Both the position numbers and the translations under genes were made by a program. Below the pieces are notes generated by a model. The model made no database searches. It was not told the origin of the DNA and saw only the letters and a list, made by a program, of their open reading frames with translations. Shown in pieces: positions 1-10,995 of a stretch of DNA of 64,000 bases. The number at the start of each line of letters is the position of its first letter. The first letter of the stretch is position 1. Location of the stretch: positions 98,572 to 162,571 of the forward strand of contig CACPCZ010000001.1 of the NCBI GenBank assembly GCA_902632555.1, given 5' to 3'. The DNA comes from an uncultured SAR86 cluster bacterium (lineage in GTDB: Bacteria; Pseudomonadota; Gammaproteobacteria; Magnimaribacterales; D2472).

Positions 1-77
1 AAAGCTTGAAATTTGTTTCTCTGAAGTTCTTCTACAATGGAAATTGCAAATTTACTTATTTTTTTATTATCTATCAA
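1..77 (-). CDS. pcnB: Poly(A) polymerase PcnB, N-terminal fragment (runs off window)
   Basis: TTG at 77 gives MIDNKKISKFAISIVEELQRNKFQA, resembling the PcnB N-terminus just before 'YLVGG'; dksA-pcnB order is typical of Gammaproteobacteria; only 25 codons visible. Confidence 0.6.
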   Translation of the reverse strand, partial: MIDNKKISKFAISIVEELQRNKFQA

Positions 78-99
78 ACTTGTTTGAGACTAATTTAAA

Positions 100-660
100 C
101 TATCCGTTTAATTGTTTCTCTTTAATTTCATCTAATGTTTTACAATGAATGCAATGTGTTGCAGTTGGACGTGCCTCAAGTCTTTTAATTCCAATCTCAT
201 CACCACATGATTCACACCAGCCATAATCGTCCTGTTTAATTTGTTCAATTGAAACGGCAATTTTATTTATTAGTTTTCTTTCTCTATCTCTAGTTCTGAG
301 CTCAAATGCAAATTCCTCTTCTTGTGATGCTCTATCAATTGGATCAGCATACGTTTCTCCTTTTGTTTTAAGATGATCAAAAGTTTTTTGCATTTCTTCT
401 TTCAAATGTTCTTTCCATAAAAGCAGAACTGCAACAAAATGTTTTTTCATGGCAGCGCTCATGTACTTTTCATTCTTTTTTGGTTTATATGGAGCGATTT
501 TAGATTTATTGTTAGCAACCGTAGTTGTTATCTTCTTTTTTGTGATCTTTTTAACATTAGAGACTTTTTTAACAACTCTTTTAGTTGAAGTCTTTTTGGC
601 AACTGCTTTCTTTGTTTTATTTATTGTAGTTGCTTTTTTAGTAGCTTTTTTTACTGGCAT
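100..660 (-). CDS. dksA: RNA polymerase-binding transcription factor DksA with Lys-rich N-terminal extension
   Basis: DPIDRA coiled-coil tip, RTRDRERKLI, C4 zinc finger CESC...CIHC. Confidence 0.95.
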   Translation of the reverse strand: MPVKKATKKATTINKTKKAVAKKTSTKRVVKKVSNVKKITKKKITTTVANNKSKIAPYKPKKNEKYMSAAMKKHFVAVLLLWKEHLKEEMQKTFDHLKTKGETYADPIDRASQEEEFAFELRTRDRERKLINKIAVSIEQIKQDDYGWCESCGDEIGIKRLEARPTATHCIHCKTLDEIKEKQLNG

Positions 661-714
661 TTTAATTTAGAAATTTTTTAGGGTGGAGAAAATATCAGAT
701 AGTTAAGAAATATG

Positions 715-1713
715 CTAGCTTTTTCTCAATTTATTTGAAACTTCAGCATAACCATCCGGTGTTAATCTTGGACCAAAAGTCTCAACCACTTTTGAAGAAG
801 CATAGTTACTAAATTCAGCACACTCTTCAAGAGTATGTCCTTTTAGAAATGCATGCATAAAAGATCCAGCGTACATATCACCAGCTCCATTGGTATCTAC
901 TGGACTGATTTGAACTGCAGGTGAAAAAATTACATCGCCATCTTTTATAATAATACTACCCTCAGCACCAACTGTAATTGCAATCATATAAGACTGACTT
1001 TTAAAAAATTCAATTGAATCATCTAAATTTTCCTTGCCAGCAAAAGCAATAGCTTCATCGTCATTACAAAATATCATATCAATACCAAAAGACTCTATTT
1101 TTTTAAACTTTTCCTTGAAGCCATTTACAATTCCAGCATCTGATAAAGATAGTGCCTTTAGTGTATCTCCACTAATGTTTTCTAGAACAGATGTAACTGC
1201 GCTAAAGTTTTCATCACTTGTAACCATGTATCCTTCAATATAGAAAATCTTTGAATTTTGCACGGCGTCATAATCAATATCCTTAGGTCCCAGAAAAGCA
1301 CTAATTCCCAACATACTGCTCATAGTTCTTTTTGCATCTGGAGTAACGAATATTAAACATTTCCCAGTTGGTAAATCTGAATCTTCTTTGCTAACACCAA
1401 TATGTTTAACGCCCGCTATTTGGAGACTTTCTAAATACTTTTTTCCATCAAGATCGTCAGCAACTCTGCATACATGATGACAACTAGAACCATAGTTAGA
1501 TGCAGCAACAAGTGAGTTTGTTGCAGATCCACCGCAGTCAGAGACCGATTCTGCACCCATTTCTTTAAGTTTTTTAATGATGGGAGCATGCTCTTCAGGA
1601 GTTGCTAGCGTCATTGAGTCAGCTTCTAGGCCAATTTCAGACAGAAATTCATGATCGACCATATACTGAGTATCCACTAATGCATTGCCTAAAGCGCTGA
1701 TATCGTATTTCAT
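715..1713 (-). CDS. PfkB-family carbohydrate/nucleoside kinase (adenosine kinase-like)
   Basis: GNALVD start, GGSATN, DTNGAGD anion-hole motif. Confidence 0.85.
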   Translation of the reverse strand: MKYDISALGNALVDTQYMVDHEFLSEIGLEADSMTLATPEEHAPIIKKLKEMGAESVSDCGGSATNSLVAASNYGSSCHHVCRVADDLDGKKYLESLQIAGVKHIGVSKEDSDLPTGKCLIFVTPDAKRTMSSMLGISAFLGPKDIDYDAVQNSKIFYIEGYMVTSDENFSAVTSVLENISGDTLKALSLSDAGIVNGFKEKFKKIESFGIDMIFCNDDEAIAFAGKENLDDSIEFFKSQSYMIAITVGAEGSIIIKDGDVIFSPAVQISPVDTNGAGDMYAGSFMHAFLKGHTLEECAEFSNYASSKVVETFGPRLTPDGYAEVSNKLRKS

Positions 1714-1715
1714 AT

Positions 1716-3005
1716 TTATAATCCTTTACTTAATATTTTCTTGACAACCTTTATTGTAGTATTTATTTCTTTATTAGTATGTTTTGTTGATATAAAACCC
1801 GCTTCAAATTTTGATGGAGCAAAATAAATACCATGATTAATGCAAGAATTTAAAAAATTCTTAAAGTGCATGTCATTCGTTGCAGCTACCTCATTAAAAT
1901 TTCTTGGTAGTTTTTTCGAAAAGAAGAAACCAAACATTCCACCAATTTGATTTGTTGAAAAGGGCACCCCTTTTTTATCAAAGATATTCTTCATTTCTGA
2001 AAGAAGAATACTGGCTTTATTTTCAAGTAAATCATATGGGTTATTTTTAATAAGCATTTTAATAAGCTCGTGTCCTGCTGCCATAGCTAACGGATTTCCA
2101 GAGAGAGTGCCAGCCTGATAAACTGGTCCATTAGGAGCAAGGCAGTTCATAATTTCTTCTTTTCCTCCAAAAGCACCAACAGGAAGCCCGCCTCCAATTA
2201 CCTTACCAAGAGCGGTTATATCTGGTTTGATTCCATAAATTTCTTGTGCTCCTCCAAGAGAAACTCTAAAGCCTGTCATGACCTCATCAAAAATCAATAT
2301 TGAATTACTCTCTTTCGTTTTTTTTCTTAGTAATTTTAAAAAAGTTTTTTTAGCCGGAATAAATCCCATATTCCCAGCAATTGGCTCAATAATTATGGCT
2401 GCTAGGTCATTTTTCACTTTTTTGTAGGCTTTTAAAAAATCTTTTTCGTTATTAAATTCACAACTTATTGTCTGTTTGGCTAACTGACTGGGTACACCGG
2501 GTGAGTCTGGTAGGCCAAATGTTGATACTCCAGATCCAGCTTTTACCAGCAGTGAGTCTACGTGTCCGTGATAACAACCATCAAATTTAATTATTTTATT
2601 TTTATTGGTGAATCCTCTTGCTAATCTTATAGCACTCATTGTTGCCTCAGTTCCAGAATTAACCATTCTTATTTTTTCTATTGAAGGCATGCATTTTTTT
2701 ATGAGTTGTGCTGTTTTTGATTCAAGGCTTGTAGGTGCGCCATAACTTGTTCCGAGCTCTAGCTGCTTTGAAATAGCTTTGACTATTTGCGGATTAGAAT
2801 GACCCATTATCATGGGACCCCAAGAGCCAATATAATCGATATATTTATTATCGTCTGCATCATAGACATATGCGCCTTTTGCTTTTTTAAAAAATATTGG
2901 ATTTCCGTCAATATTTTTGAAAGCTCTCACAGGTGAATTTACACCACCAGGCATATGAAGCTTAGCTTCTTCAAAAAGCTTTATAGATTTTTTTATATTG
3001 TTCAT
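1716..3005 (-). CDS. hemL: Glutamate-1-semialdehyde 2,1-aminomutase
   Basis: PGGVNSPVRAF, SGTEATM, FDEVMTGFR, LGKVIGGG (PLP Lys). Confidence 0.97.
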   Translation of the reverse strand: MNNIKKSIKLFEEAKLHMPGGVNSPVRAFKNIDGNPIFFKKAKGAYVYDADDNKYIDYIGSWGPMIMGHSNPQIVKAISKQLELGTSYGAPTSLESKTAQLIKKCMPSIEKIRMVNSGTEATMSAIRLARGFTNKNKIIKFDGCYHGHVDSLLVKAGSGVSTFGLPDSPGVPSQLAKQTISCEFNNEKDFLKAYKKVKNDLAAIIIEPIAGNMGFIPAKKTFLKLLRKKTKESNSILIFDEVMTGFRVSLGGAQEIYGIKPDITALGKVIGGGLPVGAFGGKEEIMNCLAPNGPVYQAGTLSGNPLAMAAGHELIKMLIKNNPYDLLENKASILLSEMKNIFDKKGVPFSTNQIGGMFGFFFSKKLPRNFNEVAATNDMHFKNFLNSCINHGIYFAPSKFEAGFISTKHTNKEINTTIKVVKKILSKGL

Positions 3006-3007
3006 AG

Positions 3008-3511
3008 TTAAATACTGTCTGCAAAATTCTTAACTCTTTCCCAATCCGTAAATTCGTATGTTTCAGATGTGTTTGTGGGACCTTTTGTGATCCACATGAT
3101 AAATTTTATTGAATATTTATCAAGAAATTTATATTTTGGATAATCAATTTTGCCTGCAAATACATCGATTTTTTTTGGAACCCAGCTCGTATTCTTTAAA
3201 AATTTTGATACATATGGATTTGATTTGGCTGTATTTTTTTCATTTTTCCTAGCGACAACATTAACTGAAAAAAATGCGTTTTCTTTATTTTCAATTATCT
3301 TCTGATTCTTTTTGATGAATTCAAATAAGTTTTTTCTATATTTGCCATATCTAATACTTGCTCCAATTATGATTTTATCGTATTCGATCAGTGAAGGTGA
3401 GGCGTCTAAAGAAACAACAACTACCTCTCCATTCAAGTTTTTTGCAATGTAGTCGCATATTTCTCTAGTATGTCCATCAACAGAGGAAAAGATGATAATA
3501 GATTTGCTCAT
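3008..3511 (-). CDS. hemG: Flavodoxin-type protoporphyrinogen IX dehydrogenase
   Basis: SSVDGHT, IGASIRYG, FFSVNVVARK, EFTDW motifs; adjacent to hemL. Confidence 0.9.
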   Translation of the reverse strand: MSKSIIIFSSVDGHTREICDYIAKNLNGEVVVVSLDASPSLIEYDKIIIGASIRYGKYRKNLFEFIKKNQKIIENKENAFFSVNVVARKNEKNTAKSNPYVSKFLKNTSWVPKKIDVFAGKIDYPKYKFLDKYSIKFIMWITKGPTNTSETYEFTDWERVKNFADSI

Positions 3512-3598
3512 TGGTAAGTCTTATTTATGATTGCTTGAAAAATTTTTATTTAGGCATAACTATATTTTATACTGATAATAAAATTATAATGTTTTGAT

Positions 3599-4096
3599 AT
3601 GAAAAAATTAGTATTCTTTGCAAGTATTTTTTTTATCTCTGTAATGTATTCTGAGGTAAAGATTGAAGATTGTGCATCAATTGAATCGGATGTGAAAAGA
3701 CTTGCATGCTATGACTATTTGGTTACAGGAGTTTCTAAAACCTCTGAGGAACTCTTAGAATCTTCGAAAAATGACCCTAAATCAGATTATGAGTCTACAA
3801 CAAATAACTCAACAAATTTTGGGCTTTCTAAAAAACAAATAGAAAGATCAGGTGCAAGAGTAGTAAAAAATTCTTTATCTTCATCAATATCTGCAATATC
3901 AAAAACATATGGGGGTAAGACCCGTTTTAAATTATCAAATGATCAACTTTGGGAATCTCAAGATGTTTTATCATCTATAAAATTAAATAATTTTAGAAAT
4001 AAGAATAAGATAACTATTGAAAAAACCAACATGGGTGGTTATTGGATGATTAATACAAGATCAAATGTGAAGATTAAGGTTAAGAGGATATCTTAA
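3599..4096 (+). CDS. Hypothetical exported protein (C..D..RLACYD motif)
   Basis: N-terminal signal-like segment, CASIESDVKRLACYD, C-terminal beta-rich domain with LSNDQLWE. Confidence 0.65.
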   Translation: MKKLVFFASIFFISVMYSEVKIEDCASIESDVKRLACYDYLVTGVSKTSEELLESSKNDPKSDYESTTNNSTNFGLSKKQIERSGARVVKNSLSSSISAISKTYGGKTRFKLSNDQLWESQDVLSSIKLNNFRNKNKITIEKTNMGGYWMINTRSNVKIKVKRIS

Positions 4097-4440
4097 TGTC
4101 AGAAAATATTTCTAAATCTCTGAACTTAACAGATAGTGCTCTATCAAGAATTTCAAGTGTTATGAATGCCAATAAAGATTTGGGAACTAAATTTAGAGTA
4201 TATGTCACAGGAGGAGGTTGCTCAGGTTTTCAATACGGCTTTAAATTTGATTCAGAAATAGCATTTGATGATGATGTAATAGATTTCGATAACTTTTCAG
4301 TCTTGCTTGATTCAATGTCTTATCCATATTTGTTTGGATCTACTCTTGATTTTATTGAGGATTTATCAGGATCTAAGTTCATAATTAAGAATCCAAATGC
4401 AAAAACTACATGTGGTTGCGGTGAGTCATTCACTATTTAG
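4096..4440 (+). CDS. erpA: Iron-sulfur cluster insertion protein ErpA
   Basis: RVYVTGGGCSGFQY and NPNAKTTCGCGESF. Confidence 0.93.
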   Translation: MSENISKSLNLTDSALSRISSVMNANKDLGTKFRVYVTGGGCSGFQYGFKFDSEIAFDDDVIDFDNFSVLLDSMSYPYLFGSTLDFIEDLSGSKFIIKNPNAKTTCGCGESFTI

Positions 4441-5452
4441 CTAAAAAAATTTCTCCTAAATTCTTGTAAGCAAGATATGCAAATGCAGCGGCTTCAACAT
4501 ATTTAGAGTCAATTTCATTATCAGTGGTTCTTAGATCACAATCCAATTTTTCTTTAATGACTTTCATCAAAAAGGAGTTTTTAACTCCACCTCCGTGAAA
4601 AATTACCTCAGAAGGTTGATCACAAAATTCATAGAACTCATAAATCTTTAAGGCTGTAAATTCAGTTAGAGTTCTTAAAATATCTTCATTACATAATTCA
4701 ATGAGAGGCTCATGCATTAATTTATAATAATCATTTTTGTCATCAGCCCTCGGATAGGCCATATTGATGGTTGCTGATAAAAGACTATTCAGCAAATTAT
4801 GATTTATTTCACCATTTGAGGAAATTTTACCCATATTATCAAAAGGGGTCCCAAGGTAATTTTCACAGTATGAATCTAATAGACAATTTCCTGGTCCAAC
4901 ATCAGATGCAATAGATATTTGACCATCTCTTAGATAAGTTCCATTAGCAATCCCCCCTATATTGAAGATTATTCTATTTACATCATTTTTTGCATATAGA
5001 TATTTATGGAATATTGGTATTAACGGCGCACCCATTCCACCTTTTTTAATATCATAATTTCGAAAATCGGAGCAAATATTTATACCAGTTGTATCAGCAA
5101 TACTTTGGGAGTTTCCAATTTGAAAACTTTTCTCATACGTATGGAACATTGTTTGGCCTGAAAGTGCCGCCATTTTTATTGAATCTTTTTTTATATTGGA
5201 TTTTGAGATTAGTCGATCTAATAATTGTATAGTTTTAGAGTTAAGGATATTTTCCAAATTAAGAACCCTTGCAGAATCTTCTGAGCTTTTATAACCTTCT
5301 TTTATACATTGCTCATATTCAGTCTTGTAACTTTTTCCTAGATCAACAGTTTCTTTTTCTAAAAGCTCAAATTTTCTGTCAAAGGAAACGATACATCCAT
5401 CTAAGGCATCTGCACTTGTTCCGGTCATTACTCCTATGAAAAGATTACTCAT
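4433..5452 (-). CDS. anmK: Anhydro-N-acetylmuramic acid kinase
   Basis: IGVMTGTSADALD, GQT..H, GGMGAPL, NIGGIAN, DVGPGN, EAAAFA; start moved to ATG 5452 overlapping the upstream stop. Confidence 0.9.
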   Translation of the reverse strand: MSNLFIGVMTGTSADALDGCIVSFDRKFELLEKETVDLGKSYKTEYEQCIKEGYKSSEDSARVLNLENILNSKTIQLLDRLISKSNIKKDSIKMAALSGQTMFHTYEKSFQIGNSQSIADTTGINICSDFRNYDIKKGGMGAPLIPIFHKYLYAKNDVNRIIFNIGGIANGTYLRDGQISIASDVGPGNCLLDSYCENYLGTPFDNMGKISSNGEINHNLLNSLLSATINMAYPRADDKNDYYKLMHEPLIELCNEDILRTLTEFTALKIYEFYEFCDQPSEVIFHGGGVKNSFLMKVIKEKLDCDLRTTDNEIDSKYVEAAAFAYLAYKNLGEIFLAK

Positions 5453-6689
5453 TATCAGAAGAATTATAATCTTTTTGTTTTTGATAGCTGTCACTCAATG
5501 CAGAAATAAATTCATCATATTCATCTGAACTTATTGGTTTTGCAGATGGAAGTTGAACTTTTACGGGATCAGTTCTTTTTGTTCCTTGCCAAAATTCAAA
5601 ATGTAAATGTGGACCAGTAGCTCTTCCTGAATCACCAACATATGCAATTATTTCACCTTGTTTTACTTTAGCACCCACCTGGGCTCTCTTATTAAATTTT
5701 TCAAGATGAGCATATAAAGTTTTTATATTGCCACCGTGTTTAATTTCAACAGTTCTTCCATAGCCACCCTTAAAGCCAACATACGAAATGACACCATCAC
5801 CTGAAGCTTGAACAGGAGTATTTCTTTTTGCAGCATAATCAACTCCATTGTGGGCTTTAATTTTATGAAGAATTGGATGCATTCTATTTGGATTAAAATG
5901 AGAACTGATATATGCAAAGTCTAAAGGAGCCCTAAGAAATGCCTTTTTTACATTTTCACCATTTTCATTAAAATATTGTTTGCCTTGCGCCTTGTCAAAA
6001 AATCTTTGCGCAACATATTTCTCGTTATTATTTATAAATTCTGCGTAAATAATGTCACCTGAATCAATTTTTTCACCTTCAGAATATTTAGTTTCATAAA
6101 TTACAGAGAATCTATCTCCTTTTCTTACATCAAAAATAAAATCGATATCCCAGCCAAAGATATAGGCAAAATCCATAATTATGCTATCTGGAATGCCTAG
6201 TTTTAGGGCATCTATATAAAATGATGATGATATGAATCCAGCACCAAATGATTCAATTATTTGAGTGTTTTTTTTTAATTTTGATATAGAAATATCATCA
6301 TTAATTTCAATTAGAATTGAATTTATTTTATCTTTTTTGATTTCAATACTATCAAGCTCTTCGCCGAAGTAATTAAATTCCATGATGTCTTCTGGATTAA
6401 TAGTTGAAAGAATATTTTTTTTGTCAGCATTGAAGATTTTATATGCAGTATTTAGTGGTACTTTCTTTTCTTCAAAGATTACCGATAGACTTTCGCCTTG
6501 CATAACTTTATGCATTGTCTTATTTTTAATAACTGGAAGTTTTTCATCAAAATTTTCTGAAATAGTAATATCTTCAATAGGCAGGGGTTTGTTGAGCTCC
6601 GAATCTGTATATATAAGCAAAATAAATATTATAGAAATAAAAAAACATGCAAGAACTAGTTTTATGGGAGGCTTTTTAAATCCAATCAT
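5445..6689 (-). CDS. M23 family peptidoglycan endopeptidase (MepM/OapA-like)
   Basis: N-terminal TM, HNGVDYAA and TGPHLHFE zinc motifs; usual anmK/tyrS neighbourhood. Confidence 0.88.
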   Translation of the reverse strand: MIGFKKPPIKLVLACFFISIIFILLIYTDSELNKPLPIEDITISENFDEKLPVIKNKTMHKVMQGESLSVIFEEKKVPLNTAYKIFNADKKNILSTINPEDIMEFNYFGEELDSIEIKKDKINSILIEINDDISISKLKKNTQIIESFGAGFISSSFYIDALKLGIPDSIIMDFAYIFGWDIDFIFDVRKGDRFSVIYETKYSEGEKIDSGDIIYAEFINNNEKYVAQRFFDKAQGKQYFNENGENVKKAFLRAPLDFAYISSHFNPNRMHPILHKIKAHNGVDYAAKRNTPVQASGDGVISYVGFKGGYGRTVEIKHGGNIKTLYAHLEKFNKRAQVGAKVKQGEIIAYVGDSGRATGPHLHFEFWQGTKRTDPVKVQLPSAKPISSDEYDEFISALSDSYQKQKDYNSSDNE

Positions 6690-9600
6690 ATATCCTCTTG
6701 CATATTTAGTAATTCAGTATTTCCTCCAAATGCAACTGAATTTTTTGAAACTACTTTTTCATTTAAAAATTGCAATAAATAGTTTGGTCCTCCGGCTTTA
6801 AATCCACTTCCCGAAAGGCCTAGTCCGCCAAAAGGTTGAGATCCAACAACAGCTCCAACCATATCTCTATTTATATAGATGTTTCCAACATTTGACTTCT
6901 CACCAATGAAATCAGCTCTTGATTCTATTCTTGAATGAATGCCCATTGTTAAACCGTATCCACTATCATTTATATGGCTAATTACTTTATCTATCTCATT
7001 AAATTTATATTTCAAAACATGAAGTATTGGTCCAAATTGCTCTTCTTTAATATCAGAAATTAAATTGATTTCTATTAATGTAGGCGGAATATATTTTTCT
7101 TCAAAATTTGATTCGCATTGAAATACATTCATATTTTTTTCTTTGCAGTTATGAATATATCGGTTTAATTTTTTGTGCGCCTTAGCATTTATTATTGGAC
7201 CAATGTCAGTAGAAAAATTATTTGGATCACCAATTTCTTGTGTAATCATATTGCCTTTTATCATCTCAATTAAGTCATCATAAATTTCTTCTTGTATACA
7301 CAAAATACGCAATGCAGAACATCTTTGACCTGAACTATCAAAAGCTGATCGAATAACGTCATCAGTGACCTGTTCTAATAGAGCGCTCGAATCAACAATC
7401 ATCACATTAATCCCTCCAGTCTCTGCAACTAGCGGCGTTATTTCATTTTGACTATTTATTAAGTTTTTTTGTATTTTTTTTGCTGTCGGCAGTGATCCTG
7501 TAAATGCGACACCATGAATATTAGGTATTTTTGTCAAAACATCTCCATACATTCCATCTCCAAGTATTAGTTGAAGAGCTGAAAGAGGCACGCCATTTTC
7601 ATGAAATTTCTTAATTATTAAGTATCCGAGTATTGATGTATTTTCCGAGGGTTTGACAATAACATTGTTGCCACATGCAAGTGCAGCAGAAATCTGTCCG
7701 GTCAGAATTGCTACAGGAAAATTCCAGGGACTTATGCATAAAAACCTTCCCTTTGGCGAATATGAAATATTATTCTTTTCTCCAGTTGGACCCTCTAGAA
7801 ATGCTTTAGAGTCAATTATTTTAATCTGCTCAGAATAGTACCTCAAAAAATCTATGGCTTCTCTGATTTCATCTATTGCATTCTGAAGAGTTTTTCCCGC
7901 CTCATTTATTAAAAAATAAATTAACTCATATGGTTCTTTATCAATATGATCAGCTATGTTTAATAAGATTCTTGATCTTTCTTCAACAGATTTTTTACTC
8001 CATGTCTTATCATTATCTTTTTCCAAAATATTTTTTATGCGCATTGGATCATCAAAAACAACTGAACCAATTTCTGAGCCATTAGATATGGAGAAAACTT
8101 TTTGAGATATCGATTTCTCATTATGTCTTCCGACGTATAAGGATTCTGCAGAAATCTTTTTAGAGGCAAAAGTATTCAGATTTTTTTCAATTTCTTGAAG
8201 ATTATAGTTTTCTGATATATCAAAACCTGAAGAGTTTTTTCGTTTTTCAAAAATTTCTTTTGGTAAGGGTATATCTTTCGTTTCTTTTTTGATTCTGAGC
8301 GCAGGATTTTCAGCTAACCATGTCGCATCTGTTTCCGGATCTAATAGCCTATTTATGAATGAGCTATTTGCTCCGTTTTCAAGCAGGCGTCGAACCAGAT
8401 ATGGTAATAGATCTTTATAACTGCCAATAGGAGCATAAATTGAAGGTTTCTTGTTTAAATTTATAACCTCAGCTGCACTTTTATATAGGAGCTCTCCCAT
8501 TCCATATAGTCTTTGGAATTCGTATTCCTTATCTTTTGCAAGATGGTAAATTGATGCAATAGTATGTGCGTTGTGAGTTGCAAACTTTGCATATATCTTC
8601 TCATTCTTAAGAATCTCTTGAGCACATGTAAGAAAGGAAATATCAGTTATTGATTTTTTTGAAAATACTGGATAACCATCATACCCTGAAACTTGAGCAT
8701 GTTTTATTTCATAATCCCAGTAAGCTCCTTTAACTAAACGCAAGTGCATTTTTTCTCTTTTCTTTAAAATTTGATTTAACCAGTGAATAACATCAATTGA
8801 CCGTTTTCCGTATGCCTGAAGAGCTATGCCGAAGCCAGGCCAATTATGCAACTTTTTGTTTAAAGCAAGATTTTCAATTATTTGAAGACTCAAAGAAAGT
8901 CTGTCTTGCTCCTCAGCATCAATTGTAATTTCAACATCCTTAGAATGAGCAAAGCTCACAAGGTCGATTAATTTTGGAATTAGGTCTTTTTCAAGATCAT
9001 TTATTTTTCTCATCTCGTAGCGAGGATGAAGTGCTGAAATTTTAATTGAGACGCCATTATTTAGATTTTTTATCAGATTTAACTTTCCAACCTGATCAAT
9101 AGCATCCATATAGGAATTGAAATAGTTTTCTGCTTGATCCATTGTTCTTGCTGCTTCACCAAGCATGTCAAAAGAAAAAGTATCCGTTTCAAGATTTGAA
9201 AGTTTTTCGATATCCTGAAAATCTCTTCCTATTACAAATTCCTGACTTAATATTTGCATGGCAGTTAAAACCGCCTGTCTTATTGGCAATTCGCCTGATT
9301 TAGATATTAATGTTGATAAAAAACTATTAGGATCGTTTGACCACTCAGGAGGAGTTGAAACAACTTTACCTGCTAAGAGAAGTCCCCATGTAGAAGCATT
9401 TACAAATATACTATCTGCTTTATTAAGATGATTGATCCAGCTTCCCTCAGATAATTTTTCAGAAATTATTAAATCTCTTGTTTTTTTATCAGGTATCCTT
9501 AGAACAGATTCTGCAAGACACATTAGAGCAACACCTTCTTGGTTATCTAATCCATATTCATTTAGAAATGCATCTAGCATTGTTCTATCACTTTTATTTT

Positions 9601-9733
9601 TTCGGCAAAGCTCAATTATTGAAGTAGCGTTGGCACTTATTGATTTTTCTTCTAAAAATTTTGATCTATTCAAAAGATCATCAAGCAATTCCTTCTCACA
9701 CTGGAATTTATTTTTTGTACTTAACATAACCAA
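6686..9733 (-). CDS. putA: Bifunctional proline dehydrogenase / P5C dehydrogenase PutA (no RHH domain)
   Basis: EGVALMCLAE, FDMLGE, RLVKGAYWD, YLVRRLLENGANSSF, ETGG, GQRCSAL, EQFGP; exact start uncertain. Confidence 0.95.
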   Translation of the reverse strand: MVMLSTKNKFQCEKELLDDLLNRSKFLEEKSISANATSIIELCRKNKSDRTMLDAFLNEYGLDNQEGVALMCLAESVLRIPDKKTRDLIISEKLSEGSWINHLNKADSIFVNASTWGLLLAGKVVSTPPEWSNDPNSFLSTLISKSGELPIRQAVLTAMQILSQEFVIGRDFQDIEKLSNLETDTFSFDMLGEAARTMDQAENYFNSYMDAIDQVGKLNLIKNLNNGVSIKISALHPRYEMRKINDLEKDLIPKLIDLVSFAHSKDVEITIDAEEQDRLSLSLQIIENLALNKKLHNWPGFGIALQAYGKRSIDVIHWLNQILKKREKMHLRLVKGAYWDYEIKHAQVSGYDGYPVFSKKSITDISFLTCAQEILKNEKIYAKFATHNAHTIASIYHLAKDKEYEFQRLYGMGELLYKSAAEVINLNKKPSIYAPIGSYKDLLPYLVRRLLENGANSSFINRLLDPETDATWLAENPALRIKKETKDIPLPKEIFEKRKNSSGFDISENYNLQEIEKNLNTFASKKISAESLYVGRHNEKSISQKVFSISNGSEIGSVVFDDPMRIKNILEKDNDKTWSKKSVEERSRILLNIADHIDKEPYELIYFLINEAGKTLQNAIDEIREAIDFLRYYSEQIKIIDSKAFLEGPTGEKNNISYSPKGRFLCISPWNFPVAILTGQISAALACGNNVIVKPSENTSILGYLIIKKFHENGVPLSALQLILGDGMYGDVLTKIPNIHGVAFTGSLPTAKKIQKNLINSQNEITPLVAETGGINVMIVDSSALLEQVTDDVIRSAFDSSGQRCSALRILCIQEEIYDDLIEMIKGNMITQEIGDPNNFSTDIGPIINAKAHKKLNRYIHNCKEKNMNVFQCESNFEEKYIPPTLIEINLISDIKEEQFGPILHVLKYKFNEIDKVISHINDSGYGLTMGIHSRIESRADFIGEKSNVGNIYINRDMVGAVVGSQPFGGLGLSGSGFKAGGPNYLLQFLNEKVVSKNSVAFGGNTELLNMQEDI

Positions 9734-9805
9734 TATTTTAATCGTTAGTAATTAACTAGCAACATTGTGATTCTATTAATCATTCAAAAATACTATGATA
9801 GTAAT

Positions 9806-10993
9806 ATGAAAGAGGCATTAAAGCTCATAAAAAGAGGAACTGATGAGGTTTTAACAGAATCGGATTTAAAAAAGAAACTTAAATCAGGAAGACAGCTTAT
9901 TGTAAAAGCTGGATTTGATCCAACGGCGCCAGATTTACATCTAGGCCACACTGTTTTATTAAATAAGATGAGACATTTTCAAGATTTAGGACATAAGGTA
10001 GTTTTTTTAATTGGAGATTTTACTGGTCGAATTGGTGACCCATCTGGTACAAATAAAACCAGACCAACGCTAGATGCAAAAGACTTAGAAAAAAATGCCA
10101 TAACATATGAAAAGCAAGTTTTTAAAATTCTCAAAAAAGATCTTACCGAAGTGCGTTTTAATTCTGAATGGTGCGAAAAATTAGGAGCCGACGGATTAAT
10201 TCGTCTTGCATCTAAATATAATGTTGCAAGAATGCTAGAACGGGATGATTTTAGTAAAAGATTTTCATCAAATAAAAGCATAGCAATTCATGAATTTTTA
10301 TATCCATTGGTTCAAGGATATGATTCTGTAGAGTTAAATGCAGACGTAGAGCTTGGCGGGACTGACCAAAAATTTAATTTACTAGTAGGAAGAGAGCTTC
10401 AAAGAGATTACGAGCAAGAGCCACAAGTGGTAATCACTGTTCCTATATTAGAGGGCCTAGATGGAGTTAAAAAGATGTCTAAATCTTTAGATAATTTTGT
10501 TGCCATTGATGAAGAGCCTCAGGAAATGTTTGGAAAGATAATGTCTATCTCAGATGACCTAATGTGGAGATGGTTTGAATTATTAAGTTTTATGCCTGAG
10601 GAAGGAATTGAAAAGTTGAAAAAAGAAATGCAAGATGGCAAAAATCCAAGAGATATAAAATTTTTATTAGCTGAGGAATTAGTTGATAGATTTCATAAAA
10701 ATGGTGATGGACAAAAATGTAAAGAATCTTTTCTGAAAAGATTTCAAAAAGGCCAAATACCAGATGATATAAAGTTAGTAGAAATAAAAATAAATGGAGA
10801 TTCAATTTTGCTAGTAAACCTTTTAAAAGAAGTTGATATGATTTCTAGTATTTCAGAGGGTAATAGGCTAATTAGCCAAGGTGGAATTAAAATAAATTCT
10901 GAGAAAGTAGAAGATCCAAAGTTAGAGATACCCAAAAATTCTGAAAATATTTATCAGGTAGGTAAGAGAAAATTTTTAAAAGTAAAAGTCTAA
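9806..10993 (+). CDS. tyrS: Tyrosine--tRNA ligase
   Basis: [27 protein letters not shown]-terminal S4 domain; ATG 9806 preferred. Confidence 0.97.
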   Translation: MKEALKLIKRGTDEVLTESDLKKKLKSGRQLIVKAGFDPTAPDLHLGHTVLLNKMRHFQDLGHKVVFLIGDFTGRIGDPSGTNKTRPTLDAKDLEKNAITYEKQVFKILKKDLTEVRFNSEWCEKLGADGLIRLASKYNVARMLERDDFSKRFSSNKSIAIHEFLYPLVQGYDSVELNADVELGGTDQKFNLLVGRELQRDYEQEPQVVITVPILEGLDGVKKMSKSLDNFVAIDEEPQEMFGKIMSISDDLMWRWFELLSFMPEEGIEKLKKEMQDGKNPRDIKFLLAEELVDRFHKNGDGQKCKESFLKRFQKGQIPDDIKLVEIKINGDSILLVNLLKEVDMISSISEGNRLISQGGIKINSEKVEDPKLEIPKNSENIYQVGKRKFLKVKV

Positions 10994-10995
10994 CC

